Assembly (NCBI GenBank): GCA_013265495.1
Contig: MU057947.1
Coordinates: 382,048-446,047, forward strand
DNA length: 64,000 nucleotides
Direction of reading: 5' to 3'
DNA from: Vicugna vicugna
Lineage: Eukaryota
In this document: positions 23,520 through 36,773 of the stretch, piece after piece
How the letters are laid out: each line of letters begins with the position of its first letter
Numbering within the stretch: position 1 is the stretch's first letter
Translations under genes and position numbers: made by a program
Notes under the pieces: generated by a model
Told to the model about the DNA's origin: nothing
Databases searched by the model: none
The model's input: the letters and a program-made list of their open reading frames with translations, nothing else

Positions 23520-23660
23520 ACTCATGGAGCTGAAAGAGACTTCAGGGGATACCCACCCCAGACACACGCTGCTTTTTAGAGGCTCAGAACAGTTCAGAGA
23601 CTTGTTCAGGGCCGCATGGCCACTCGGTGGCATTGCCAGGGCCAGTGTGGGATGCCAGGC
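23520..23660 (-). mobile_element. MIR-like fragment
   Basis: 'gagctgaaagagacttcag...gaggctcagaacagttcagagacttgttcagggccgcatggcc'. Confidence 0.5.
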
Positions 23661-24009
23661 TCCCCTCCTGCCTCCCTCCCATGTGCAGCTGCCAAGGACC
23701 CCCTTCTGGTGCAGAGACCACCCGGCGTCTGCAAGGGGACCAGTGCTTCCCAGACTGTGTTATCTTAGAAGCCATCGTCTCATGAGCAAAAGGAAGCCCC
23801 AGTTATTCCTGAAATTTGATGAGTTATTTATTAAAAATTGTAGCAAGGGGAACATTGAGCAAGAAGTACAATTTGCCAGGGCCCAGTCCTCATCACGGCC
23901 TCCAGGTAAACATTTCAAGACCAAACTGTCATCTTACCACAGATGACAACAAGGACGCTGGTAATAGAAAAAGCTCTCCATGGCCGGACGCTGAGCGGGT
24001 CCCGCTTAT

Positions 24010-24210
24010 GGAGGAGAGTACCGGCAGATGGTCTCTGTTTCTCATGAAATCCCCAAAATCAGTATACACAGCTATTATCTTTCCTCATTTTACAGATAAA
24101 GAAATGGACACTCAAAGCACTTGAGTACCTTGCCCCGGGACATGAGCTAGGAAGGGATGAGATGGTTTTGAACCCAGTTCGCTCTCTCTCCATCACCGCG
24201 CTGCTCCATG
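24010..24210 (-). mobile_element. MIR SINE
   Basis: 'tattatctttcctcattttacagataaagaaatggacactca...cttgccccgggacat...tttgaacccag'. Confidence 0.8.
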
Positions 24211-26609
24211 CCCCTGACCTGGCGCTAATATCTCAGGCTGCGTCACTGGAAGCCTCGTTTCCACAACAAAGTCACTGTGTCATCCATCCAGCTGATACTG
24301 ACAGAGGGCCTCCCAAATCAACCTGTGCCCTTGGCTGGGCTGTGAGCGCGCCCAGCCAGGGAGCCCCGCCCGTGCCCTCCCAGACAGGACTCCTGGCCTC
24401 AGCCTTGCCCTGGGGGTTCTGCACTTGGCATTTTTTAATGCCTCTTCTCCAATCTGTAACTGACCAGTCATTTCCTAGTCTTTACTGTTCTTCACACACC
24501 AGCTTAAGGAATGAAAAATCCTTCCTGCCAAACTGATATAGAATATAGAGGGGGGAAAACGTCTTTGAAAGAGAAGAGTGGTGATCATTTACCCACAAAC
24601 AATGTCTGTCAGTGGATGAGAGCATATTCCCGGGCCTTTAAAGATACGTATTAGTGATTTACAGGAACGATGCGAGCGGAGAGGCTGGCTGTTTTCAGAA
24701 TTCAGAGCTCAGCCTGTGGCCTTCCACCAGACGATGCTCAAAACTGGCCTCTCTGGGAATTCACATCAAACTCTGGCTCATAATTTATGTAACGACATAT
24801 ACTTGGACACTGATTAGCTACCTATCAGCTCTGTAATAAAGGCGGCATAACCCCTAGTTTATCATTCATTTATCTGAAGTCATTTTGAATAATATCACAA
24901 GATTGTAATGTAATCATTATGCTGTACAGCAGTCCTGGGCCTGCACGCCGGGCGGCAAGGTCAGAGCCCTGGCAGGGTTCACGCCACTTAATTTACTCAC
25001 TTCTTACACATTTATAAAATTGGAGTCAACAGCATGGTATCGAAGTTGGACCCGCGAGCAGGCGCTTACACAAATTGATAATCAGATGTTCAACAGGAAG
25101 TGGAGGGAGACTTAATACCAGTCATAACGATCTTCTCTGAGAGCCCGGCTTGCACTTGAGTTTGAAACAAGCCATTCAGTGCTCAATGACTAGCACCGAT
25201 TTCCTTTGACTCTGCACGACCTGGAGGGTTTATCGACAACCACTCTGCTGCTGTGAAGCGCTCTGCTAGGAGCCTGTGTCTCCGGGCCACGGGGAGGGTG
25301 ACGGCAGGAGGGCCGGTTCCTCCTGAGAAGGGTGCAGGGGAGGCTGCGGAGCACGGCCACAGCAGGGAGAGGAGGAAGTCAGAGAGCCGGGAATACGGGG
25401 AATCAGCTCAGAGGGGTTGAGCTGAGCTGGGGGAGGCACTCTGCACAAACCCAGTGAGGGGAACAGGAGTGGGTGTGGAATCAAAGAGTCAGGGCTTCTG
25501 TTCAAGGGTGGCTGTTGTCATTCATCTGCGATCGCCTTCCAGTCAGTCCACACCTGCACCCAGAGGCATCAGCTAAATGTTAGGCTACATACAAGTTCAG
25601 GTGGCCGCTCGCCTGTGACGTGGCCCACAGCTCGTCCTCCATGGGGCCTGGCTGGGGAGACACTGCGATGTGGAATTAGAGAACCTGGTGTCTGAACCAG
25701 CATCGGAAGACATGGCCACAATGTCTCTGGCCCACTGTGGGCAGGTGTGTCCACAGAGACAAAGGACTGACACGGGCCCCTCTGCAATGGGCCCCAGCCC
25801 AGGGCCTGGAAATTGCTGTGAGGGGGGAGAAAGGCCAGTTTGAAAATAAACCCAGTGAAGCCACGTGACACTAACAAAAAAATCTGCAACAGGGAGTTTC
25901 CAAAGAACATCTCCATGTACATAGCACACAACACAGAAAAAAGCAATCCAGTGTTCCAGCCAAGTCAGAGGTCAGAACGGCAGGTTACAGCCCAGCACGT
26001 GCTTGCTGGTTTCCATCCAGCGCCCCTGACTCCTGTGCAGGCGTGTTGGGCCAGCCCAGCAGGTGGCTCCACACACCTCGGTGGCACCTACAAAACACGA
26101 CCGTCCAACAAAGACCAGTCCTGGGGCTCCTTGCGATGCCCCCAACCAGAGGCATTTCAGTCACTGCCCAGAGAGGAGAGGGATCTGGAAAGACCTGGAA
26201 GGCCCCAGGCAGCTGCAGCAGAGGCAGCAAGGGGCTCAGCAGAAGGTGACAGGTCACAGCAGTCCCCCCCCCAGCTCTGGAAGGAGAGGCAGGTGGCACT
26301 GTGGGCAGGAGCACGAGGTGCCAGCCGGACTGGGCCACTTCCTGGAGCTGACCGTGGTCCTGAATGGCTTGTTTCAGGTTGGCACCTGGGGATGACACCA
26401 GCAGGTACCGCGTGGGCTTCCCGTGGGAGATGGGGCGTATAATACTCTTACCAGAGGGCTGGGCTCCAGTAAGACCTCAGAAATGCTTCCGTATTAATAA
26501 CGGTTACTGGAGATGCAGCTACTTTGAGCTCTAGCGAGCGAAGCACCTTCTGGTTATGTTTCCTCACGTCCGTTTTCTGAGCATGGGATTTTGAACTAAA
26601 TGCACAGGT

Positions 26610-26722
26610 CTGTGTGTGCGTATGTGTGTACAGACATGTGCATATACACACACATACACAGGCTTACATGTATACGTGTGTGTGCACGTGTGTGTGGTTA
26701 TATGCATACATAAACATATACA
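26610..26722. repeat. (TG/CA/TA)n low-complexity tract
   Basis: Direct reading. Confidence 0.85.
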
Positions 26723-27569
26723 AACATTTTCCTGGGGGGAGACTCCCAAGAGTGTGTCAAACCCACAACAGGTCTGCTAAGCACGGGAGGAGGAGACAGC
26801 CCTGCGCTGTTAGTGACAGCGCAGCACGTGGGCATGCTGGTTTCCTCAAACATGAGCTAATCATCCTATTCCATCTCGCCCCACCACTCAGTCTAAGCCG
26901 AGTAATTTCCTAGAAAGTCAGCTTTGTCAGCAGAGAAATGTTGCGGCAGAACCACGGGGAGGAGGGGGAGCGGTTTGCTCTTCGCAGATGCGGGATGAGG
27001 CAGGCCTCCCCGACGGGCTGGAATTTGATGTACGCCATCTTGAAGCAATGGCAGCTTTAGGACGGCTTTGTCCCCAAGGCGAATGCTATCCAGGAAAATC
27101 CACGAGAAGCTCTGCCTGAGGTGACAGTGAGCCAGAGAGTGGCCGGCTCCGTTCACGGGAGCTGGACCCGGGGCGACGCAGGGACGCCGGTGGCCTCCCA
27201 GGTGAAATTCGCGGGCCGAGGGGTGTGTGAACACGGTAGTCCACACGGGAAACAGTCACTCAGGTCTGAAGAAATCGGAGTCGTGGATAACATGATCAGA
27301 CCTTCCCTTCTCATCACTGCAGAGAAACGTTAAAACAAGCACGCACGTCGCCCACAAGTGCTGACCGTCCGCCTCTCCTGCAGCACAGAACCACCCCCCC
27401 CGCCTCTGCAGCGGGGGCGCCGCGCCGCAGGGGACCAGTGCCGCCAGCGGGTCCTGCCCAAAGAGCTAAACTTTCTACAGGATTCCCCGTCTTTAAGGTC
27501 ACCAAAGCATGAAACAAAATATAATCATTCGTCTTTAATTCTGTTTCCAAGATAATGAAATGACTCAAG

Positions 27570-29170
27570 GACCAATGAAATATCAAATACAATTCTATCC
27601 CAAACCTCAATAAAATGGGAGGGAAGCCTGGCCCTTAATTTTATTGGGAAAATTAAAAGATTGAAGCTACGTAAGACACGTGTAAAAACAATGATCATAA
27701 TGAAGAACTGTCTGATCAGAGGTCAAAATATTCTCCAGAGATACAGTCAATGAAATGTGGTGATATTGTCCCTGGAGAATCAAACACATAAGTGGACAAG
27801 AGTTCAGAAACAGGCATGAGCCATGTGCTCATTTGTACGGTGTTATAAAGTGGTAATGCAAATCAGCAGGAAAAATACTTCAATGACTGCTACTGGGAAA
27901 ATTGGCTATTTATTCGAACAAGAAACATTTAGATACATTCTTTATACAATTTGTCAAATTTAACTTCCAATGTTTAAAAGATTTAAATATTTAAAAATAT
28001 AAAAATGATCAAACAGGTATTTGTGTCTTATGGGGATAAGAAAGGCTTTTGTAAATGCAGAAACCAGGAAGACAAAGGTTGGCAGAATTAATAGACAAAG
28101 AGATTAGGAGCCAGCCTATGTAAAGAAGACCTACAAATCAATAAGAAAAAGACAAATAATTCAATAGACAAATGCACAAAACACAGGCTTTCACAAATGA
28201 GAAAAATCAGGAAAACCAATTAAACATCATAAAAACTGTTCCTTCACATTAATACTGAAGGAAATAAAGATTAAAACCAAAATGAGAATGTACACCCTCC
28301 AGAATGGCAAAAATCTAAAAGTCTGAGAACATCAAATATCGGCAGAGATTTAGAAAGTGGGACATCCCATACTCCCAGGTGCAAGTACAGCTGACACAGC
28401 CCCTCGGAGAAGCAAAGCTCTCAGTACCTGAGAGACCCAAGAATGCACATTTCCTACAACCCAGAAACTTCATACGCAGGAACATGCCTGGAGAAACCCA
28501 TAAAGACAGCAGCGAAAGTTTATCACGTTATTTGCAATAGTTACAATTAGGAAAAACCCAAACATTCATTAATGCATATGTTTTAAAAATAAATTATGTA
28601 TATTTATGTACCAACATGGATTCATCTTGACATGATGCTGAATTTAAATAACAATTTACCAAATAAAATTACGACATGATTTATGAATTTTCAAGTGCAC
28701 AGAAAACAATAGCAGATACCTTTTATAATTATCTGCTTTTCCAAGCAAAATGTTCATTATGACCTCATAGGATTGTACAAAATCCACCATAGGAATTGTA
28801 CATGTGGAGGGAGGTGAACCAGCCTGGGTATTGGGTGACAAGGGGATCAATACCATCTTTTGTTTATATTTCATGTAAAAAATTTTAAAACTTGAAGCAA
28901 ATATTTTGTTTTACCCTTGTTAAACTGAATAAATTCACACATGTCTGTTTTTTTTTTTAAGACTACTAAATTTGGTTACGTAGAAAAGTAAAACTTCGAC
29001 ACAAGGGGAAAAAAACCCATGAACAAGTAAAACTGACCAATCACAAGTGAGGAAAGCATCTTTGCAACATATATTAAAGAGAGTAATGTTAATATGTAAA
29101 CGTTATCCTCAGACAGGTAAGAAAAAGAAGGAACTTGCACTAGAAAACTGGGCATAAGGAAGAGTAACAC
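27570..29170 (+). mobile_element. Ancient L1 (L1M/L1ME) ORF2 3' region, heavily decayed, probably more than one fragment
   Basis: 'tgctactgggaaaattggctat', 'aaaagatttaaat', 'ctacaaatcaataagaaaaagacaaataattcaatagacaaatg', 'ccagaatggcaaaaat', 'aacatggattcatct'. Confidence 0.8.
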
Positions 29171-29464
29171 GGAGGCTACATTTGTTGGCTCTACAGAAGC
29201 CCCACCTCCACCAGCACCACAGGCGAGCAGCGGGCGTCAGTTCGGGCCGGGGGCTGAGCACAGCCCACTGGGCTCTGCCCATTGTCTCAGATCAAAACTT
29301 AGGGGGTTTCTGTTAACCAGAACACACTGCAAAGAGGACACACAGAGAAAGGTAAGACCATCTAGTCCCCTTCACTGAAAACTGGAGGGGGGAGGGGGAC
29401 AGGGGAGGGGGACAGGTGTGGAGGGGAGCTCCTGTCTCAGGGCACACAAGGAAAATGAGTTTAT

Positions 29465-29975
29465 GTGCATCTCAGTCAGGACCCTTAATCCAATCCAATT
29501 CTAACTGGTTTAGAAGAAGAGAATATTCTTGGCTCACGTGCCTAAGAGATCAGAGTTGGGCAGGTTCCCAGGTAAGCTTCATCCAGGGGTCTGGCTCCAT
29601 CCTCTTGTCATTCTCCCAGTCCTGCCCCTCTATTAATCCTCTTTGACTGTCTGTTTTCCCTCGTGGCAGCAAAATGGCTGCAAAGGATCCAGGCCTCTCA
29701 TCTTCACTGTGTGTTGCCCATGGCCCAGAATTCCCAGCAAATATTTTGAGAGTCACCCTGAGACTGCTTAGGTCACCTTTCTGTCTCTAAACCAACAACT
29801 GTGGCCCCCAGGATGGATGAATTGACAGCTCAGGTGACGTCTCCTATTCCACACCTGAAGCCAGGGTTGGAGTTAGTTTCCTTCCGCCCTGGGGACCCCA
29901 GGGGAAACTGAGGCCTCCTGGGAAGGAGAAGGAGGGGAAGTTTCCTGAGGAGACACCCCTAGTAGTTCACTGAAA
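29465..29975 (-). mobile_element. MLT1K-like solo LTR
   Basis: 'agtcaggaccctt', 'ttggctcacgtg', 'atccaggggtct', 'tggcagcaaaatggctgc', 'aaccaacaactgtggcc'. Confidence 0.75.
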
Positions 29976-31349
29976 GATAAAAGCTACACAGGGCTTCACC
30001 TTTTTTACAACTCAGATTTCAAATCACTTCACAAACTGAAACATGTACCCAGGAGACAATTTGTTGACACTCTTCCCAAGACTGTGAGGCCAAAGAACAG
30101 GCTTAAGTCCAACAAATGGGAAGATTCCATCCATGGAGGAGCCAGGATTCGAGTCCCCACAAAGGCCATAGTCCCTGCTCCAGTCCCAGTCACTCACAGC
30201 ATCTTCATTCTTTGCCTTTAGAATGAAAGGGCAAGTTTCAGAGTCTCTGAAAGTATTATTTGCCCTTCAAAATACAGGTTAAGAGATGATGTGAATTGTT
30301 GTATTACTGAAGTCAGCAATTTATAATCAAGGTAATTTAGTTCCCTATGTTAACTCATCAGGAGGAAAAATTGAGACAATTTACCATCAAATTTAAATCA
30401 CTTTATAATGAATGGAAACACTCCAATTTGTAAAATAAGTGCAATGAGTGAAAACTGAGTAATTTAGATATTTGCCAATATCGCAGATCCTTTTTAATGA
30501 AAGCACATCTTTAAAAAAAAAAAACTTCCCTACCTTTCAATGAAAATTAGTAGCTTGAAAACTCTTCTCAAGGATGCAGTCCTTGGGCAATTCTGTGTGT
30601 TCTGCATCACACATGTGCTCTGTGCTCCTCTGGATAACCTGGACATGAATAAAATATTATTTTGTTTATTTTTTAATTAAAAGAGCTAAAAATAAATTTG
30701 CTGGCAAAACAAGGTAAAGGTGATACCCAGACTTTATCTCATGCTAAGCAAGGAGAAGCCATAAAAAATTAAAGAATGAAAATTTGGGGAAGGAGAAATA
30801 TGAAATGCTATCAGTCCCCACGCGTGAAGACAGGCAGGTGACACTTCACTGCTTGGTGGCGTGCCTGGGACGAAGCCCCCCCAAGACGGAGTTTCCTTCT
30901 GGGACACTTGGCAGGCACCCGTGGGACTAGTTCCTTTGCTGGGTACAAAGAAATTAATTTGCAATGTGACTGCAGCTTATGCCTGTAAAGAAAAATCATT
31001 ATTTTAAATCACTATTTTCTTAGCCTCTAAAAGAGAAGCTCTAGAAAAATCTGAAAGTTTCCTAATGATGCAGGACTCATCTATTCTGGGCCTACCTGGT
31101 ACACAGTCTCCAGACTGCCTTTGAGTTTTGTCTCCATCCCCCGTGTCAGGCTGTCAGCCGTCACTTCTGTTGTCACGGTGCCATCCTCTTAAAGTCCTCT
31201 TGGATTCCTTCCAGCGGGATGCTTGCAGCGGACCACGAGCAAGGAAACCGAGATCATTATGAATCGAATGTGGAAGCAGGGCCACGGCCACGCACTTGGC
31301 CCCCCTGCCGGCCTCTGGCACGACGGCGGCTTCAGAAGTCGCTTTCCTT

Positions 31350-31570
31350 TCTAAGAAGCAGTGCGGGGCGAGCTGTGCAGCCTTGAACTCAACTCTCACA
31401 CTCGCTGGCTGGGCGACCTTGAACACAGCTCTCTCGCTCTCTCGGGCCTCTGCTTCTTCATCTGTAAAATGGGGGAGAGAATGGCACCAACCCCACAGAC
31501 AGAATCACAACACGCGGCGGGGGCTCAGGCTACCGCGTGGTGTCCGGGCGCACGCGCACGTGCCTTGCTG
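31350..31570 (+). mobile_element. MIR SINE (CpG-rich copy)
   Basis: 'gctgggcgaccttgaac...ctctcgggcctctgcttcttcatctgtaaaatgggg'. Confidence 0.75.
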
Positions 31571-31789
31571 TTAGACAGCAGGGCTGGGATGGGGATGGAG
31601 ACTGGGGTGGGGGATGGGCAGAGGCAGGGAAGGGAAGGAGTTTAAGCTTTTGAAAAACAGCTCTCCGGATGAACAGAGCTTTTGACGTTTTTTGACATTT
31701 TTTAAAAAATTTTACTCAATTGAAATTTTTAACGGCTTTCAAATGTGTTGCAAACACAACAGTAAACCCAAAGCCTCTCCTTGGTCTCA

Positions 31790-32060
31790 GCTCATCACCT
31801 CCCTCCTTCAACAACTACCTATGGAATTCTGCCCTGTGCCAACCCCACCTCATGGCGTTTAAGGTCCGGGAGAGCCGAGTTCATTGCAAGAGTTGTTGTG
31901 GGGTGGGAGGGGAGAGGTGGTGTGCAGCGCAGGAAGAGACCCCAGGAAGAGGCCCAGCGCTGCACAAAATTCCGGAAGCAGAAATGAGCATGGCCAGAAT
32001 CCTTGGAGGAGGAAGGGCAGAGTGTGATGGTGAGGATGGAGGAGTGGCCAGCAGCCAGGA
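31790..32060 (-). mobile_element. L2 3' fragment
   Basis: 'ttcaacaactacctatggaattctgccctgtgcca' resembles the reverse complement of the L2 terminus. Confidence 0.5.
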
Positions 32061-32619
32061 CCATGCAGGGTACCAAAAGACCATTAGCCTTTCATTCTCA
32101 TCATCTTTGGAAACTATGAAAAATTAAAATAGATATACTTGATATTTTGCCCAGTTTTATTCATTCTCTTACGAATTTGGGAAAACTAGAGATGTTTGCT
32201 TTACCAAGTTCAAGGCAGGGAAGTTTTCAAGGGGACAATACGGAATCCAAAGCCGCTGTGTAACAGACTTCCCTGAACACCTACAGATCTGATGGGGAGG
32301 GATCATTTTCCTAAGCTCATTTTTCTACCTTGAAGGATAACAGTTCTGTAGCCCAGCCAGACTGCATCCATGGTTCACAGAACTCTTTAAGCCCATCTAT
32401 ATTGGGGGGAGACATTGAAATCTTTCCAAAAACGTGAGTGTATAAATTACAGCTGCAGAAGACGTGCCTCTCCTGATAACATCTTGTGTGAGAGACTCCG
32501 TCTACCCCCTCCCCCCCGACTTGGGGTGCCTCTTCGCAGGGCTGGGGGGGTGTTCGTTCTCAAACACCTTCTTCCTTTCCTCTTATTTTTCTTTCAGGTA
32601 TCCTGTCATTTGACTTTTA

Positions 32620-32671
32620 TTTTTTGAAGTATAGTCAGTTTATAATGTTGTGTCAATTTCTGGTGCACAGT
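32620..32671 (-). mobile_element. Very short 5'-truncated young L1 3' terminus with TSD
   Basis: 'ttttttgaagtatagtcagtttataatgttgtgtcaatttctggtgcacag' flanked by ATTTGACTTTTA (32608-32619) and ATTTGATTTTA (32672-32682). Confidence 0.85.
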
Positions 32672-34786
32672 ATTTGATTTTAATTGCACCCATGCACTTG
32701 TCCGCTTACTCAGAATAGTTGAACAAGAAAAGAATTGCCCTGACTATACTTCGATTTTAAAAAAAAGAAAAAAAGAAGAAAAGAATTGCCTTCTGCTGCA
32801 GCCCCCAAACCACATTCTCTGGGAATAAATGCTGCTGCGTCTGCCTGCAGACCAGGTCCCAGCTAGGACATCCACGCTGTCTCTCAAAAACCTCTCAATC
32901 TTTGAAAGGCACAAATTTCACCTTTTTGTTTCTTTTCTGGATGAGTGTTTTTCTTTTGCAAAGTAAGAAAGGATAAATCCAAGAAATCTCCACAATACTC
33001 CTCATGGAAAAAAACAACAACAAAAAAACACAACGGGAAATTGATCCCGGGGTTTAGCAGCCCTCCTGAGCACCTGCCTCCGGCCTCCCACCAGAGTCCC
33101 CGTGAAGCCGTGGAGCGGGCTGTCCTCTCAGCACACGCCAACTCTCCTCAACTTAAAGTGAAGCAAAATAAAGTGATTTAAAGATGTCCTACTTTCCAAG
33201 ATCCACAGACTGTCTGCAGAACATTAAGGGAAATTGGCTATCAGCCCAAAGTGTTTTTCCAAACCACCTCTTAAATATTTTCTGGCCGGAACAATGTATA
33301 AAGCCCACACTGTCATCTCGGAGGAGGGAAGACGGATGGTCTCCTGTTGCTCAGAGCCTCTGTTTGGCCCCAAAGCCCCCAGGTACTGTTAAGTTTCATT
33401 GTGATCCGATACCCATCTGCCAGACTGGAGCCTTGGGGTGCTTTCAATGCCAAATTTATACAGGCTGATATCTGCATGCAAATATGTAGCTAGAAATGAA
33501 TGCTATAATTAGCATCCATAGAATTCACGGTCCTCTGTTCCTTAGGCCCCCTGCACAATTTGGGGAAACGCACAGGTTATGGGGGTTTCTCATTTGCACC
33601 GCAGCCTTGTTCTAAGTACAGTTACAGCCAAACTTGATCCTAAATGTGAAGACATAGGCATTTAGGGATTTCGTGTTTATTTAGGAAAATTTCGTTCCGT
33701 CTGAGAGTCTGGAAGTTCAGACATATAAATAAGTAGTAACACAAGGAGTATTCTGCTCCGAAAAGTTCTTGAGACAATAAGTGAACATAATCAAAGGCCA
33801 TCGTTCCCCCTCACCTGTGCCAGGGCTTAAATCTGGGTCGTAGTCCAGTAATTAGGTGAAACAATTAAAACCTGAATGTTTTTGTGAAGGAACCCAGCAA
33901 GAATTAATTCAAACTTAATTGAAGTGAGGCAGCCGCTCTCTTGGATGAGTTGACTGGAGACAAATGGGGGCTTTGCTGTGCCGGAGAAATGGGAAGGGGC
34001 CCGGGCACCTCCAGAGAGACCCCCTCAGCCCACCCCGGTTTCCAGGGGAGGTGGTCCTTTCTGGCATGAATGAGTGAAGGAACAAACATGAATAAGGCAA
34101 ACCTTAAATGGACCGACTCCCTCCGTGCTTCTGGGTTGGAGATGCTAAGTGGGTTCAATGCTTGTGCGCACAGGCACCAGATCTGAGCAAATTCTCACAC
34201 ACACACAAGGCCGGGTGGCTCTCCGTGACGGTGGAGTAGCCGGGGGGCGTAGCTGGGTGGCGGCGGAGGGCAGGCGTTTCAGGTCGGGGCCGGACACCGC
34301 CCGCAGCCGGGGCCACAGGACCAGAGCCCCATGCCGACTTCATAAAATGACCCTCTCGCTCGCTGTCTTCCTTTTCCAAGCTCCTCCTCCGACATGACCT
34401 CGTGTCCTGTCCAAACCTGGGGGTTTATCAGCGCCTCCTTTCTGTCGGCTGATAAGAGGGCCGAACAGATGGCACTCAAGGCACCGTGTTATGGAGAAGC
34501 AAGGGAAACCTCATGAAGATCAAGTCAGAATACAAAATAGTATCTTCGTACGAGGCTGTTTTCGAAAGTCTGTTTGGGGGTCTCTCCTCTGGGCCTAGCT
34601 CCTCGCTTTTCACTCCAGCTCAGCCACGTCTCTGCTAAGCACAGGCCATGTGCCTCCCTGGCAGGGTCTGTCTGGGAGAGCGGCCTTGGAGTCGGAAGGA
34701 AAAGAGGGCAAAGGTGGACTATGGGCAAAGACACCGTCCAAAACTGCTAGGAAACCCCAACACTTCTAAAGCCTCCTTAAAGAACC

Positions 34787-35145
34787 CCTTAAGGACCGAC
34801 TATTCATGTCCCCCCAAAATCCAAATGTTGACACCCTAATCCCCAGCAGGATGGTGTCAGGAGGCGGGGCCTCTGGGAGTGGTTGGGTCATGAGGGTGGA
34901 GCCCCGTGAATGGGTTTGGTGTCCTCGTAGGCAGAGACAGGAGAACGTCTCTCTGCCACCACCCCGAGAGAGCACAGCGGGAAGACGGCCATCTGGGAGC
35001 CAGGAAGAGGGTCCTCGCTGGACACTAGACCTGCCGCCCCTCAGTCTTGGATGCCCCCGCCTCCAGAACTACGAGAAACAAATGCTGCACTTTAAGCCTC
35101 CTGGTGTCTGGTAATTTGCTGTAGCAGAGACTCGGAGCTAAGACA
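34787..35145 (+). mobile_element. MLT1A-like solo LTR
   Basis: 'tgtccccccaaaatccaaatgttga', 'ggtcatgagggtggagccc', 'gcctccagaactacgagaaa', terminal 'ctaagaca'. Confidence 0.88.
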
Positions 35146-35259
35146 GTGCCTGTCCCAGCACCGGGGAACAGACAAACCAAGGCCTCCTCCCTACTCGGGC
35201 TCCAGTGCATGTGTTTTCAGCACTGGTGCCTCCCGTAAGCAATTGGAAAACCCAGGAAG

Positions 35260-35410
35260 CAGCCCCCTTTTAGACATAGGGGAGAAGGCAGAGCTGTGCT
35301 GGACAGAAATAAATGACTTTCCAAGGTTAAGCGGTCAGTGGTGACGCCGGACGGTCCCTGGCCCCCGAATTCCACTCCAATGCTCCTTAGTCACCGGGCC
35401 ACGCTCCTTG
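35260..35410 (-). mobile_element. MIR fragment
   Basis: 'aaatgactttccaaggtt...ctccaatgctcctt'. Confidence 0.5.
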
Positions 35411-36773
35411 TCAAGTGTGTGGCTGGGTTTCATCTCTGTGCTCTTGACAATGAAGGCCGTGGCATCTATTAATCTCCACGGCAGTTCTCATGAACTAGTT
35501 AAGCATGAAGGGTGACAGCCGAGCCCTGGGGGGCCTGACGACTGGAGGTCCCGGGCCGTTGTGATTCTGGGATCTTGGGACTGAGGAATAACTTCCACTC
35601 TTTTGCTGCACCCCCCCACCCCCCGTCACAGGAGGCAGGGCCAGTGGCAAGGACTAGTCGTGAACTGTCAAGGGCTAGGGGGTAGGTTCTGTCAATGGTG
35701 CTGGGCAGACGGGGGCCGGGGCACAGTCTGAGAGTGAGAGGCGCTTGGTGGCTGGAACCTGACCTCGTCACTGTGAGGACGCCCAGGGCTGGCTCTGCCA
35801 AATTGAAGATGGCTCATCCGCCGACTGATGAGCTCTTCCTCATCCCATCTGTTGAACCCAAAGGAAGCCACAGTTATTTTCATTCTGAAGTCACACAGAA
35901 TGACACATCCCTGTCTTTCCCTACATCTCCGTCTACGTGCCACTCCGGTGACACGCATTAATCAGGCTCCATCCGGCACGCCCTCTGGTGCACACTTTCC
36001 AAGGGGGACACCTCCGACCCAGCCCGGCCTGCCCCGGCCTGCTGAGCCTTCCACGGATGCCCGCGGACTTTCCACCAAGTGCACCGAGCTGGTGAACAGG
36101 CGAGGGGGTGGCGCACCTTTGAAAGTGAAATTTACGAGTCCAGCCTGGGGATTTCTTCCTGCCTCTCCATCCCCTCCCCTACTTAAGTGATAAGAAACAA
36201 CTGGAACAAGACCCTGGGGTGTCGTGCTGTCAAAAAAATTCTTAATGAAATTAAAGCCCTCACCTCTAACGAATGCTATTTCTGGCCGCGGCGCCCGCTG
36301 CTGCAGATGCACGCCTCTCTCTGCCGGCTGTCGGCCTGTGGCTCCACGTCAGAGCTGCTGCTGCATGTCAGCGAGGAGCCCCAGGGGATGCGGGCGGAAT
36401 ATTTTATACCTGAAGTGGCCTTATTCTCAGGCAATGGCACACCCGGAGACGCGACTCCACTGTGTGCATGAGGAGAGATGCCGCTCAGAAACAAGGCAGA
36501 GAGAGGGTGGCGGTCGAGCCGGCGGGGAAATGCCCTGGAAAAATAAAAGCATGCCCAGTCATCGACAGCCCTGACTCTGAAATTTCGGAGCTGCCTCCCC
36601 GCAAACGGAAATCTGCTTCTTTCCCTTAAACAGCCCTTTGTCAGTCTGATGCGAGGAGGCCTTGTTCCCAGAGCAGTCCTTCCGAAAACCCTCTTTTCAG
36701 GTGGGGGTGGAAGGTTGCAGAAGCTCCAGCGTGCCTTCCAAGTTTTCAGTTGTCTCTCAACACCCCAGCCCTG

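Noticed and set aside
25840..26442. 200-aa ORF and the other 100-190 aa ORFs
   Set aside because: Often non-ATG starts, GC-driven composition and no recognisable homology; several lie inside L2 or MLT1 repeats (e.g. 58287-58853, 60433-60933).
27261..27318. C/D box snoRNA on minus (GTGATGA ... CTGA ... CTGA)
   Set aside because: No convincing C' box or terminal stem, short span, and no guide target that I recognise.
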